Below, piece after piece: positions 18,878 to 28,604 of a stretch of DNA of 64,000 nt. The stretch is taken from the NCBI GenBank assembly GCA_965222075.1, contig OZ244937.1:3520001-3584000 (forward strand), in the 5' to 3' direction. The stretch's first letter is position 1. Each line of letters opens with the position of its first letter. Origin of the DNA: Candidatus Latescibacterota bacterium (GTDB lineage Bacteria > Latescibacterota > UBA2968 > GCA-2709665). The notes beneath the pieces were generated by a model. That model worked only from the letters and a program-made list of their open reading frames with translations, ran no database searches and was not told the origin of the DNA. The position numbers and the translations under genes were made by a program.

Positions 18878-19016
18878 TATGGTTGCTGACGGTCCATTTC
18901 GTAAGTTCGTGTGACATTCCCTTGGTATCCTTCCGTGACTCAAAAATGCAAAGCGCATAGCGTGAAAAGGCTTCTGTGATGCTTTGCGCCTTGCGATCTG
19001 CGCTTTGCGATCCGAC

Positions 19017-20840
19017 ATGGACGCATCCGATCCCAGCCTCATCCGCCGTACCCTGAGCGGCGATGCCGATGCCTTCGGCCAGCTTGTCGATCGCTACAAG
19101 GAGGCGGTCTACGGCGCCGCGTATGCCCGCCTCGGCAACTTCCAGGATGCCCAGGACATCGCCCAGGAGGCCTTCATCCAGGCCTACCGGTGCCTCGCCT
19201 CCCTGCAAACACACGGCCGGTTTGCAAGCTGGCTCTATGCCATCGTCTGTAACCTCTGCCGCGACCACTTCCGCACCCGCCGTGAAACGCTGCCCTTAGA
19301 AGAGGGGGCGTCCCTCGGCGCGTCCGATCCCGCCGACGAGCACGACCGCCGCGCCCTCCACCGGCGCATCCAGCGCGCCATCGCCGCCCTCTCCGACACC
19401 CACCGTGAAACCGTCACCCTCTACTACATCAACGGCTACACCTGCGACGAGGTCGGCCGCTTCTTAGACGTCCCCACCGGCACGGTCAAACGCCGCCTCT
19501 TCGACGCTCGCAAACAACTCAAAAAGGAGATGACCGACATGGTCCGCGACATGTTCGACGCCCACAAACTCCCGCCCAATTTCCGCAAGGTCGTCATTGA
19601 CGGGGGGGCCTTAGACCCCAAATCCGACACGCCTCGCCTCCACATCCGAGACCGCAAACGGCGGGGCTTTCCCATCGAAACGGGGGACTTCCAGGCCACA
19701 GCGATCTATATGCATCTGCAAAAGGATCTGCCGCCGCGCCCGATCACCTACGATCTGTTTCACGGGATCTGCAGCGCCTTCGGCATCGTCCTCGACGGCA
19801 TCGGCATCACAAAATATAGAAATCGCTACCGGGCGGACGTTACCTTCACGAGGGGCAAACAGTCGATCACCCTCGAAGCCGACCCCGGTGACGCCGTAGC
19901 CCTGGCAATCCGCTTCAACGCCCCGGTTTACGCAGACGAAAGCCTCTTAAAAGGCACGATCTTCCGGCGCCCCAAAAAGGCTCCGATGAAACTGCAGAGG
20001 CAGAAACCGCGCAAACGGTCTTCAATTCAGATCGCCGAAAATTCACCCTTCGCCCTGGTCGACAACTCAGGCGATAAAATCGAAAAAGCACAGATCGTCG
20101 TCAGTGTGCAGCGGCCGGCATCGCCGCCCTCCGAACGGACGCGTGCGCGTCGTATCTCAAATCCGGGAACCCTGCTATCCATCCAAATGGCCAGCGTGGC
20201 ACTGGAACCCAACTCCCGGCGTCCTCTCATCTGGCTGGCGGATAAAGAAAAGAGAACACACCTCCGCATCGTCATTGGCAACTACGAAGTGGGTTCCATC
20301 GCTTCTGCGCTTCCCAAAGCCATATTAAAATTGCCCGGTGGCGTAAAGGGGAAGACCACCCGGGACAGAGGATGGGCGTATGACCTGTTAAAAACTGTCC
20401 TGGACACCTTTGGTATCGTCCACGACCGAGCGGTCATCGACCTGCTCCACAGCGACACGTTCTACGCCTTCAGTTTCTTCCGCCGGGGCAAAACCGTCAG
20501 ACGGCTCGACACACGCCCCAGCGACGCCATCGCCTTATCGCTTCGTACCGGTGCGGAAATCGAAATCCACAAAACGGTTCTGGAGCAGGCCGGACTCGAT
20601 AGACACAAGATGCAAGAATTGCAGGAAAAAAACGGAAAAGAAAAAACAAAGGAACGACGGGTTGAAGTGCCTTACATTCTCAAGCGCGGCGACAAATTCC
20701 GTTTTGCGATCAAATCCTGCCGCAAGTTTACGTGGGAAAGCAGCCATCCGTCCATCGCCTCCGTCACCCCGGACGGCGTTGTGGAGGCGTACAAAGAGGG
20801 CAACGCGACCATCACCGCCACCTGGGTAGAAAAAAAGTAG
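19017..20840 (+). CDS. ECF sigma factor fused to two DUF151 (bifunctional nuclease-like) domains and an Ig-like (Big_2) domain
   Basis: DAQDIAQEAF / FASWLYAI / GTVKRRLFDAR (sigma); PPRPITYDLF...DPGDAVALA and AYDLL...TFYA...DTRPSDAIAL (DUF151 x2); TWESSHPSIASVTPDGVVEAYKEGNATITAT (Ig). Confidence 0.85.
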   Translation: MDASDPSLIRRTLSGDADAFGQLVDRYKEAVYGAAYARLGNFQDAQDIAQEAFIQAYRCLASLQTHGRFASWLYAIVCNLCRDHFRTRRETLPLEEGASLGASDPADEHDRRALHRRIQRAIAALSDTHRETVTLYYINGYTCDEVGRFLDVPTGTVKRRLFDARKQLKKEMTDMVRDMFDAHKLPPNFRKVVIDGGALDPKSDTPRLHIRDRKRRGFPIETGDFQATAIYMHLQKDLPPRPITYDLFHGICSAFGIVLDGIGITKYRNRYRADVTFTRGKQSITLEADPGDAVALAIRFNAPVYADESLLKGTIFRRPKKAPMKLQRQKPRKRSSIQIAENSPFALVDNSGDKIEKAQIVVSVQRPASPPSERTRARRISNPGTLLSIQMASVALEPNSRRPLIWLADKEKRTHLRIVIGNYEVGSIASALPKAILKLPGGVKGKTTRDRGWAYDLLKTVLDTFGIVHDRAVIDLLHSDTFYAFSFFRRGKTVRRLDTRPSDAIALSLRTGAEIEIHKTVLEQAGLDRHKMQELQEKNGKEKTKERRVEVPYILKRGDKFRFAIKSCRKFTWESSHPSIASVTPDGVVEAYKEGNATITATWVEKK

Positions 20841-20863
20841 GGGCGGGTTTCAAACCCGCCCCC
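20837..20863 (+). repeat. GTAG-type REP-like palindrome
   Basis: gtaggggcgggtttcaaacccgccccc, containing the TAG stop. Confidence 0.8.
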
Positions 20864-20896
20864 GCATCCACCAATCGCCCTCGGCCTCTATCCGTG

Positions 20897-21550
20897 TCAA
20901 TCTGTGTTCATCCGTGGTTCCCCACCCATCCCTTCCCCCGTAATCTCCGAAGCAATCCCATCTAAGATATAGGGGCGGTACTTCTGGAACCGGGTCCGCC
21001 TGTGAAACCACCACCCCCCCTGAACCGCTGTCCCGATCACCCGCACAAACTGCATCAGGGACGGCGGTTCTGCGTGTATTTCCCCGTACGACCAGAAGGC
21101 GATCTTTTGCCGCACCTCCTCCCGGCCGCCCTGCGACGTCCGGATCGGCTCGTTCATCGGAAAGAGGACCTCCCCGTCGAACAGTACCGACGCATCGCAC
21201 CGGTACTTCTGCGCGGCCCCCGATAGCCGCTCTCTCCCCGGAACCGCCACCCCCGTCACATAATCGATATCTTTTTTTTCCACCACATCCATGAAAAGTG
21301 TGCGCATCCGGTTTTTCAATCCTCCGTACTCATCTAAAAGCCGGAGCGACCTCGGGTTCACCCCCACATAGAGGTCTCCCAACCCGTTATAGCGCCTGCT
21401 CTCCGAAACAAAATCCTCCTCATTGTCGAACAACCCGATGCCGATGATATCCTCTCCATCCAGGGCCTTGAGTTGCGTCAGTCCCAACTCCGGCCTGTGC
21501 TGCAACAAGTCGTAGTGCCGCCGTACGTCTCGCTCGTTGAACGACCTCAT
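20897..21550 (-). CDS. Hypothetical protein with a RepB-primase-like motif
   Basis: ATG overlaps the argH TGA; GLFDNEEDF...DLYVGVNPR. Confidence 0.6.
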   Translation of the reverse strand: MRSFNERDVRRHYDLLQHRPELGLTQLKALDGEDIIGIGLFDNEEDFVSESRRYNGLGDLYVGVNPRSLRLLDEYGGLKNRMRTLFMDVVEKKDIDYVTGVAVPGRERLSGAAQKYRCDASVLFDGEVLFPMNEPIRTSQGGREEVRQKIAFWSYGEIHAEPPSLMQFVRVIGTAVQGGWWFHRRTRFQKYRPYILDGIASEITGEGMGGEPRMNTD

Positions 21551-22953
21551 CCCTCTGCCTCTTTTATTCGCTCCGCCAGGCGCTGCCATCCCTCTGCAAT
21601 CTGGCCCTGCACCGCCTTCCGGCCCGTTCCCCCGGGCAGATCCCGAAGCGCCGTACTCTGCTCCGGTGAAAGGACCTCTTTGACGTCCGCCTCGAACCGG
21701 TCCGACGCCGCCTGAAACGTCTCTAAGTCCAGATCCTCCAGCCGCATCCCCGTCTCCAGCGCCGTCCGGACCAGTTTGCCTACAACCTGATGACACGCTC
21801 GAAAAGGCATCCCCTTCCGAACCAGGTAATCGGCCAAATCCGTAGCCAAAATCATTCCATCCAGTGCGGTGAACATCCGGTCTTTGTGGACCGCCATCGT
21901 CGCCCACGCCCCGGCAAATACCTCCAGTGCCATCCAGACCGTGTCCACCGTATCGAAAAACGGTTCCTTGTCCTCCTGCATATCCTTGGCATACGTCAAC
22001 GGCATCCCCTTCATCACCGTCAACAGCGAGGTCAAATTGCCGTAAACCCGCCCCGTCTTGCCCCGCACCAGCTCCAGCGAATCGGGATTCACCTTCTGAG
22101 GCATCATGCTCGACCCGGTGCTGCAGGCCTCATCTAACGCTACAAACCCGAACTCCGAAGACGACCAGACAATTAGATCCTCGCAGAATCGGCTGAGATG
22201 CCCCATCAAAATCGCCGCTGCGGAAAGGTACTCTAAAAGGTAGTCCCGGTCGCTCACCGCGTCGATGCTGTTCTCTGTCACCCGCGAAAACCCCAGCTCG
22301 CTGGCCAGAAACGCGCGGTCCACCGGGTACGCGCTCCCCGCCAGCGCCCCCGACCCCAGCGGCATCGCATCGGCTCGAGCCGCGCTGTCCACAAACCGTC
22401 CCCGGTCCCGCTCCAGCATCCAGAAAAGCGCCATCGTATACTGGGAAAACCGGACGGGTTGGGCCTGCTGCAAATGCGTGTAACCCGGCATCACCACCTC
22501 GATGTGCCGCTCCGCAGAATCCAGCAGCACCGCCTCCAGCCGGTCGATCCGATCCACCGTCCCCCCGATCGCCTCCCGCAGATAGAGCCGCTCATCCAAG
22601 GCCACCTGATCGTTCCGGCTGCGCCCCGTGTGGATCTTCCCTCCCACAGGCCCTACAATCTCCGTCAACCGCACCTCCACGGCCATGTGAATATCTTCTA
22701 AGTCATCCGTCAGCGCCAGCTTCCCCGCTGCAATCTCCTCCTCCACCCGATCCAGCCCCTCTAAGATCCGGTCCCGCTCCTGTACCGTCAGCACCCCGAT
22801 CCGCTCCAGCGCCTTCGTCTGCGCCCGGCTACCTTCAATATCCACCCGGTAGAGCCGCCTGTCGAACCCGATCGAGGCGTTGAACCGCTCCACCACCGCC
22901 TCGGTCGTCTTCACAAACCGCCCGGCCCAAGGCTTCTCTTTGGAATTACGCAT
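21547..22953 (-). CDS. argH: Argininosuccinate lyase
   Basis: WAGRF, HTGRSRNDQV, MPGYTHLQ, GSSMMPQKVNPD. Confidence 0.97.
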   Translation of the reverse strand: MRNSKEKPWAGRFVKTTEAVVERFNASIGFDRRLYRVDIEGSRAQTKALERIGVLTVQERDRILEGLDRVEEEIAAGKLALTDDLEDIHMAVEVRLTEIVGPVGGKIHTGRSRNDQVALDERLYLREAIGGTVDRIDRLEAVLLDSAERHIEVVMPGYTHLQQAQPVRFSQYTMALFWMLERDRGRFVDSAARADAMPLGSGALAGSAYPVDRAFLASELGFSRVTENSIDAVSDRDYLLEYLSAAAILMGHLSRFCEDLIVWSSSEFGFVALDEACSTGSSMMPQKVNPDSLELVRGKTGRVYGNLTSLLTVMKGMPLTYAKDMQEDKEPFFDTVDTVWMALEVFAGAWATMAVHKDRMFTALDGMILATDLADYLVRKGMPFRACHQVVGKLVRTALETGMRLEDLDLETFQAASDRFEADVKEVLSPEQSTALRDLPGGTGRKAVQGQIAEGWQRLAERIKEAEG

Positions 22954-22984
22954 ACAGCCACCTCAATGGATTAATGAAGGCTTT

Positions 22985-24235
22985 TCAATCCGAAATCCGA
23001 ATTTCTATCTGTCCCGCCACGTGCTGCGCCTTCGCCCCCACACCCAGCACATTCAGAAACCCTTCCGAATCCCGGTGGTCGTAATCTCCCACTGCCTCCA
23101 TCGAAGAAAGCTCCGGGGAGTAGAGCGAATGGGAAACCCCCTTCGACGCCTGATAGGTCACCGTCCCCTTGTAAACCGACACCTTTACCGACCCCGCAAG
23201 CAGCGCATGCACCGGCGCCAGCGCACCCCGCATCATCTCCGAAGCCAAGTCGTAATAATACCCCTGATAGATCTGTTCCGAAAGCGCCGCCGAAAGCGAA
23301 TCGTAGAACCGCCGCGCCCTCCGGTCTAAGACCTGCTGCAGCAGGAACTCATAACAGGCCCCCAGCAGCGACATGCCGGGACTTTCGTACACTCCCCGCG
23401 ACTTGATCCCCACAAACCGGTTCTCCACCGTATGGATCCCGATCCCGACCCCGTTGCGCCCTCCGATCTCATTGGCCTTCAACAGCGCCCCCGTTGCATC
23501 CACCTCCTCCCCATTGATCCGGACGGGCCGCCCCTCCTGCAGTTCAACCGTAAACGTCTCCGGTTGGTCGGGCGCATCCTTGGGAAAAACCCCCATTCCA
23601 GACTCGATAAAATCCGCCGCCACATCCAAGTACTCCAGCTTCCCAGCCTCATGCGTCAACCCTAAGAGATTCGCATCGGTCGAATACGGCTTCTCCTGGC
23701 TCGCCGTAATCGGCAGTCCCCGCGCCTCACAGAACGCAATCATCTCCCGGCGGCCCCCGAAATACTCCAAGAACGCATCGTCCCGCCAGGGCGCGTACAC
23801 CTGCACCGTGGGATCCAGCATATTCGCCACCAGTTGAAACCGCACCTGGTCGTTTCCCCGCCCCGTGGCCCCGTGCGCCAGCACACCGATCCCCCTCCGA
23901 CCCATCTCCTCCAAGATCCCCCGGGTCGTCACATGGCGTGCAATCCCGGTCGTATTCCAGTACCCCCCTTCGTACTGCGCCCCGGCGGCCAGCACCGTCA
24001 GCGCCGCCTCGGCCAGCTCCTCCTTCAGGTCGATCAGCACCGCCTCGGCCGCCCCGCAGGCCAGCATCCGCTTCCGGATATCCTCAACATCCTCCTCATC
24101 CGGCTGTCCGATATCGGCCGTCACGCTTACCACCTCCACCCCCTGGTCCGCCAGCCACCGCGTTACCGTACAGCTATCCAGCCCCCCCGACGCCGCCAGC
24201 GCAATCCGTTTTCCCCTCAGGTCTTTCACGGTCAT
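22985..24235 (-). CDS. argG: Argininosuccinate synthase
   Basis: ASGGLDSC, HGATGRGNDQVRF, ENRFVGIKSRGVYE. Confidence 0.96.
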   Translation of the reverse strand: MTVKDLRGKRIALAASGGLDSCTVTRWLADQGVEVVSVTADIGQPDEEDVEDIRKRMLACGAAEAVLIDLKEELAEAALTVLAAGAQYEGGYWNTTGIARHVTTRGILEEMGRRGIGVLAHGATGRGNDQVRFQLVANMLDPTVQVYAPWRDDAFLEYFGGRREMIAFCEARGLPITASQEKPYSTDANLLGLTHEAGKLEYLDVAADFIESGMGVFPKDAPDQPETFTVELQEGRPVRINGEEVDATGALLKANEIGGRNGVGIGIHTVENRFVGIKSRGVYESPGMSLLGACYEFLLQQVLDRRARRFYDSLSAALSEQIYQGYYYDLASEMMRGALAPVHALLAGSVKVSVYKGTVTYQASKGVSHSLYSPELSSMEAVGDYDHRDSEGFLNVLGVGAKAQHVAGQIEIRISD

Positions 24236-24264
24236 GGAAGCTCACTCCTTAACTTACGGGAGGC

Positions 24265-24289
24265 AGGTCGACCCGCCGGTCGCCCCTAA
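24265..24289 (-). repeat. GTAG-like REP palindrome
   Basis: Minus strand ttaggggcgaccggcgggtcgacct at the argD stop. Confidence 0.6.
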
Positions 24290-25485
24290 TACCCCTTCAA
24301 AATCTCATCCAGCGCCTCCACCGCCTCGTCGATATGCCCTTTCTCGATCACCAGCGGCGGCAAAAACCGCACCACATCCGGTCCTGCCACACACACCAGC
24401 ATCCCCCGCTCCCGAAACGCCCCCACCACATCCCCGGCCGCCACATCCTTCAGCACCGCCCCTGCAATGAGTCCCTTACCCCGGATTTTCGTAACCACCT
24501 CCGGATGGTGGTCCTTTACCTCGCCCAGTCTTGCGTGCAGATACTCCCCCTTCGCCTTCACCCCGGAAATAAACGCCGGATCGGACAACTGCTTGAACAC
24601 CTCGATCGCCACTGCGCACGACACCGGATGCGCCCCGAACGTGGCCGCATGGTCTCCCGGCTCGACCGCGTTCGCCACCGCCTGCCGCATCAGCGTCACC
24701 CCGATCGGCAGCCCTCCCGCCAGCGCCTTGGCCAGCGTCATCATATCCGGCTCCACGCCGTAGTGCTGGTAACAGAAAAGCGCCCCCGTCCGGCCCAGCC
24801 CACTTTGAATCTCGTCGAACACCAGCAGCATCTTCATCTCATCACAGAGCTGCCGCAGCCCCTTCAGAAAATCCGGTTCCGCAAGGTGAATGCCGCCCTC
24901 CGCCTGCAGGGGCTCTAAAATCACCGCCACCGTCTCCGCATCCACCAGCTTCTCCACCGACTCCAGATCGTTAAAATCGGCGAACGAAATCCCCGGCAGC
25001 ATCGGCCCGAACCCCTTGTGGTACTTCGGCTGACCCGTGGAGGAAACCGACCCGTAGGTGCGCCCGTGGAACGAATCCTTCATCGCGATAAATTTGTATT
25101 TGGGCTTCTCCGGAAAGGTCTTGTACGCCCACTTCCGGGCAAACTTCAACGCCGCCTCCCACGACTCCGTCCCGCTGTTGCAGAAAAATGCCCGGTCTGC
25201 AAAAGAGTTTTCACACAGCATTTCCGCCAGCTGCGGCGCCGGAATCGTGTGGTACAGGTTGGACACGTGAATCAGCCTCCCCGCCTGCCCCGCCATCGCT
25301 TCCTGAACCATACCAACGTTGTACCCCAGCGCATTCACCGACAGCCCGCTCACAAAATCCAGGTACCGGTTGCCGTCTGTATCGAACAGATACACCCCAT
25401 CGCCCTTCTCCAGCACCAACTCCGGCCGCACGTAGGTTTGGAGGATGTATTTCTGTTCCAGCTCGATGACTGCCTTTGTATCCAT
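24286..25485 (-). CDS. argD: Acetylornithine aminotransferase
   Basis: HVSNLY, SFHGRT, DEIQSGLGRTG, LAKALAGG; arg operon context. Confidence 0.93.
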   Translation of the reverse strand: MDTKAVIELEQKYILQTYVRPELVLEKGDGVYLFDTDGNRYLDFVSGLSVNALGYNVGMVQEAMAGQAGRLIHVSNLYHTIPAPQLAEMLCENSFADRAFFCNSGTESWEAALKFARKWAYKTFPEKPKYKFIAMKDSFHGRTYGSVSSTGQPKYHKGFGPMLPGISFADFNDLESVEKLVDAETVAVILEPLQAEGGIHLAEPDFLKGLRQLCDEMKMLLVFDEIQSGLGRTGALFCYQHYGVEPDMMTLAKALAGGLPIGVTLMRQAVANAVEPGDHAATFGAHPVSCAVAIEVFKQLSDPAFISGVKAKGEYLHARLGEVKDHHPEVVTKIRGKGLIAGAVLKDVAAGDVVGAFRERGMLVCVAGPDVVRFLPPLVIEKGHIDEAVEALDEILKGY

Positions 25486-25602
25486 TGTTCGCTCCCTTAT
25501 GGTAAATCCTCATTGATCATTTTGTGTCCCCCATCAGGTGCACAGCAGTATAACCCCACCAAACGCTATGCCAACTCGCGTTCCACCGCCTCCTGCATGA
25601 CA

Positions 25603-26487
25603 TTACTGTACAATTTCCGTTCCGATCCCTTCGCGTGTGAATATCTCCAACAACAATGCATGCGGCACCCGCCCGTCGATGATGTGCGTCTTATGCACTC
25701 CGCCCTTCACCGACCGCACGCACGCCTGGAGCTTGGGGATCATCCCTCCTCCCGCCGTTCCGTCCTGAAGTAGGGCATCCACATCGTTGATGTGCAGCGT
25801 GGAAATCAGGGAATCCGGATCTGAGCTGTCCTGCAAAATCCCGTTCACATCGGTCAGGAAAACCAGCTTCTCCGCCTGCAGCGCCCGGGCGATCTCTCCG
25901 GCCGCCGTATCGGCATTCACGTTGTAACCCTTTCCGTCCGGCCCCACCCCAATCGGCGTAATCACCGGAATCGTCCCCTCCTCGCAGGCTACCCGGATCG
26001 GATCGGGTTCGATCCGGTCCACATCGCCCACAAACCCGATATCTACCGCCACCGTCTTTCCACCTACCTCCACCTGCGCACCATGCCGAATCACGTGCAT
26101 AATCCCCGCATCTTTTGCCGACATCCCCCGCGCCTTTCCGTCCAGAACCTCAATCCCCTCCACAATCCGCCGGTTCACCACCCCAAACAGCGTATCTTCC
26201 ACCACCTGCATCGTCTCCTCATCGGTCACCCTCAAGCCGTTCACCCACACCGTCTCCACGCCCGCCTCGGCCAGCCGCCGGCTGATCTCCTTGCCCCCGC
26301 CGTGCACCACCACCGGCCGCATCCCCACCGTCTCCATAAATACCAGATCGGCTAAGATCGTGGCCGATCCTCCCTCGTCCGGCTGTGTGCTCCCCCCGTA
26401 TTTCACCACCACAATCTTGTCCCGAAACGACCGGATATAGGGAAACGCCTCCACCAGCGTGGCGGCCTTTTCAATAATTTTTTCCAT
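25603..26487 (-). CDS. argB: Acetylglutamate kinase
   Basis: VVKYGG, VVHGGG, YNVNAD, GGMIPK. Confidence 0.96.
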   Translation of the reverse strand: MEKIIEKAATLVEAFPYIRSFRDKIVVVKYGGSTQPDEGGSATILADLVFMETVGMRPVVVHGGGKEISRRLAEAGVETVWVNGLRVTDEETMQVVEDTLFGVVNRRIVEGIEVLDGKARGMSAKDAGIMHVIRHGAQVEVGGKTVAVDIGFVGDVDRIEPDPIRVACEEGTIPVITPIGVGPDGKGYNVNADTAAGEIARALQAEKLVFLTDVNGILQDSSDPDSLISTLHINDVDALLQDGTAGGGMIPKLQACVRSVKGGVHKTHIIDGRVPHALLLEIFTREGIGTEIVQ

Positions 26488-26490
26488 ATC

Positions 26491-27444
26491 TTAAACCGTG
26501 CTGTAGGCCCCCCCAATCCCGTACAGCCTCGGAAGCCCCTGCATCAGATTCATATTCTCCACCGCCTGGCTGGCGGCCCCTTTGCCCAGATTGTCCTCCA
26601 TCGAACAGAGGTAGGCAAACCCCTCATCCACCCCCAACTTAATCAGCAATCTGTGAGTCCCCACCACATCCCGGGTGCCCCACTGCACCTCCTCTGAATC
26701 CTCTACGGCCTCCACCAGGTCTTCCGCCCCGTATGCCGCTTCTATCGCCTCGCGTAGCCGCTCCTCGGCCTCTGCCCCCGAAAGCGCCTTCAGGTCGTCG
26801 GCCAACTCAATCCGGATATTCGTATTGATCCCTGAAAACACCGACCGCAGCACAATCGGCGTAAAATTTACCTCAAACCTGGAATACAACTCCATCTCCG
26901 GAACGTGTTTGTGTCTTCTCCCGTAACTGTACGTCACCTCGTTCGAGTCCGCCTCAACCTCCCGCCGCGCCCCCGAATTCCCCGATGTCGCCACCACCGT
27001 CGCCTGCCCCTGCACCAGCCCCTTCAGAGGCCGCAGAGCCAGGATCACACTTGTGGGGTAACAGCCCGGATTCGCCACCAGCCGCGCGCCGGCAATCTCA
27101 TCCCTATAAAGCGCCGGCATCCCATAGACCGCCTCCTTCAACAGCCCCGGGGCCTTGTGCTCCAGGTGGTACCACGCCTCAAACGTTTCCTTCGGCAGCC
27201 GGAACGCCCCGCTGATATCGATCGCCTTCTTCCCCGTCTCCATCACCTGGGGCGCGAACGCCATCGACTCGGGGTCCCTGGTTGCCAGAAAGACAAGATC
27301 GCAGTCTTCCAGCCTCCCTTCCTGCCGCTTCGAATTCTGCCGGAACACGATCTCGGACCGGTCATGGTGGTTCAGGGTCTTCTCAATCTCCTGGCCCACC
27401 ATGCCCGTATCGCCGAAAATACCGACCCGAATCATCTCTCTCAA
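26491..27444 (-). CDS. argC: N-acetyl-gamma-glutamyl-phosphate reductase
   Basis: VANPGCYPT, HKHVPE, DNLGKGAASQAVENMN. Confidence 0.93.
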   Translation of the reverse strand: MREMIRVGIFGDTGMVGQEIEKTLNHHDRSEIVFRQNSKRQEGRLEDCDLVFLATRDPESMAFAPQVMETGKKAIDISGAFRLPKETFEAWYHLEHKAPGLLKEAVYGMPALYRDEIAGARLVANPGCYPTSVILALRPLKGLVQGQATVVATSGNSGARREVEADSNEVTYSYGRRHKHVPEMELYSRFEVNFTPIVLRSVFSGINTNIRIELADDLKALSGAEAEERLREAIEAAYGAEDLVEAVEDSEEVQWGTRDVVGTHRLLIKLGVDEGFAYLCSMEDNLGKGAASQAVENMNLMQGLPRLYGIGGAYSTV

Positions 27445-27917
27445 ATCTCCCCGGTAATCTCTCGGATCTTATCCCGAAGCGCCTCACGCACGGCCGCGGA
27501 ACGGCAGAGAATAAAAATCGTATTCTCCCCGGCAACCGTACCCACAACCTCGGCCCACCCGGCCTGATCGACCGCCTCGCACACCCCCTGAGCGTGGCCC
27601 GTAATCGTCTTTATCACCAGCATATTCTCTGCCCCATCCACTCCAACCACAAAATCCGTCAACTCCCGCCGGAGCAGATCCTCTCCCTGAATGAACCTCC
27701 GTCCCCCCTCTGTTGGCGCCCGGTACCGGAACCCCCCGTCCCCATCCGGCACCTTAACCACGCCCAGTTCCTTCATATCCTTTGAAAGCGTGGACTGGGT
27801 CGTCGAAATCCCGACCTCCTTCAAGGCCCGGTTCAACGCCTCCTGCTTCCCGATGGGACGGGACGCGATCAGGTCCAGGATTTTCCGACGGCGTCTCTGT
27901 TTTTCGTTCATGGCCAT
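27441..27917 (-). CDS. argR: Arginine repressor
   Basis: TQSTLSKDMKELG, IKTITGHA, GTVAGENT. Confidence 0.93.
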   Translation of the reverse strand: MAMNEKQRRRRKILDLIASRPIGKQEALNRALKEVGISTTQSTLSKDMKELGVVKVPDGDGGFRYRAPTEGGRRFIQGEDLLRRELTDFVVGVDGAENMLVIKTITGHAQGVCEAVDQAGWAEVVGTVAGENTIFILCRSAAVREALRDKIREITGEI

Positions 27918-27967
27918 AAAAAGTGGATAAATTCTCGTTTTTTATTCTACTAACCCGACTATTTCAG

Positions 27968-28010
27968 AATATATATCAGTTTTTGCCGAATGTCAAGAAT
28001 AAAAATCATT
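27968..28010 (-). promoter_or_regulatory. Sigma70 promoter of the arg operon with overlapping imperfect ARG-box-like sequences
   Basis: TTGACA (27996-27991)-17 nt-TATATT; AT-rich tgatttttattct and tgatatatattct elements. Confidence 0.65.
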
Positions 28011-28468
28011 TGGATGTAACTCACTATCCAGTGGCTCTGTAAGTATGTGAGTCATCAAAGTTTAGTTCGCTATAGAGGCGTTCTTTTTCCGCGGCAGTGT
28101 AATGGTCCCAAAATCCATCCCAATCTTCATTGAGACCTGTCTGCCGTTGGCACAGGCAGGCAGGTGGCTCTCAGGATCCAAAATGGCCTGTGTGCTTTCC
28201 CAGGGGATTGCGTTGCCCTACCTGAGCAGCCAACCAGGCAAAGGTGGTCTCTTTCTCTGCGATCAGATCGGCACGAATGATACACAATTCCACACTGATG
28301 TCAAGCGGCGAACAGCCGCCAACCGGCCGATCTGATTTTTTGTGAGGGGGGTTGACTTTCAAGGTAGTTATGCCGATACTTTAAAGGTACTTAGGCCCAA
28401 CCGGATGCGTCTTTCAGGACCCTATTTCCCACCATCTTATAGGTGCAGATAGGGCAACCATAATTTTC

Positions 28469-28497
28469 TTGACATCGTCAATTAAATGCACTATATC
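28469..28497 (+). promoter_or_regulatory. Sigma70 promoter
   Basis: TTGACA-17 nt-TATATC. Confidence 0.55.
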
Positions 28498-28604
28498 ACA
28501 CACCAATTACATTCATCTTTCATGCCGCATCTGCCTTTCAATAGTCGCACCAAACAATCCCCAGACGTATTCAATCCACACCTCAACTATTCGAGGTGAT
28601 CACC

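Noticed and set aside
21547-27917. arg operon lacking argJ/argA/argF
   Set aside because: These genes are frequently elsewhere; cannot be judged from one window
28020-28340. Possible ncRNA between argR and the sigma gene (hairpin cctgtctgcc...ggcaggcagg; ORFs of 63-77 aa)
   Set aside because: One hairpin resembling a short dispersed repeat; no recognisable RNA family or convincing ORF
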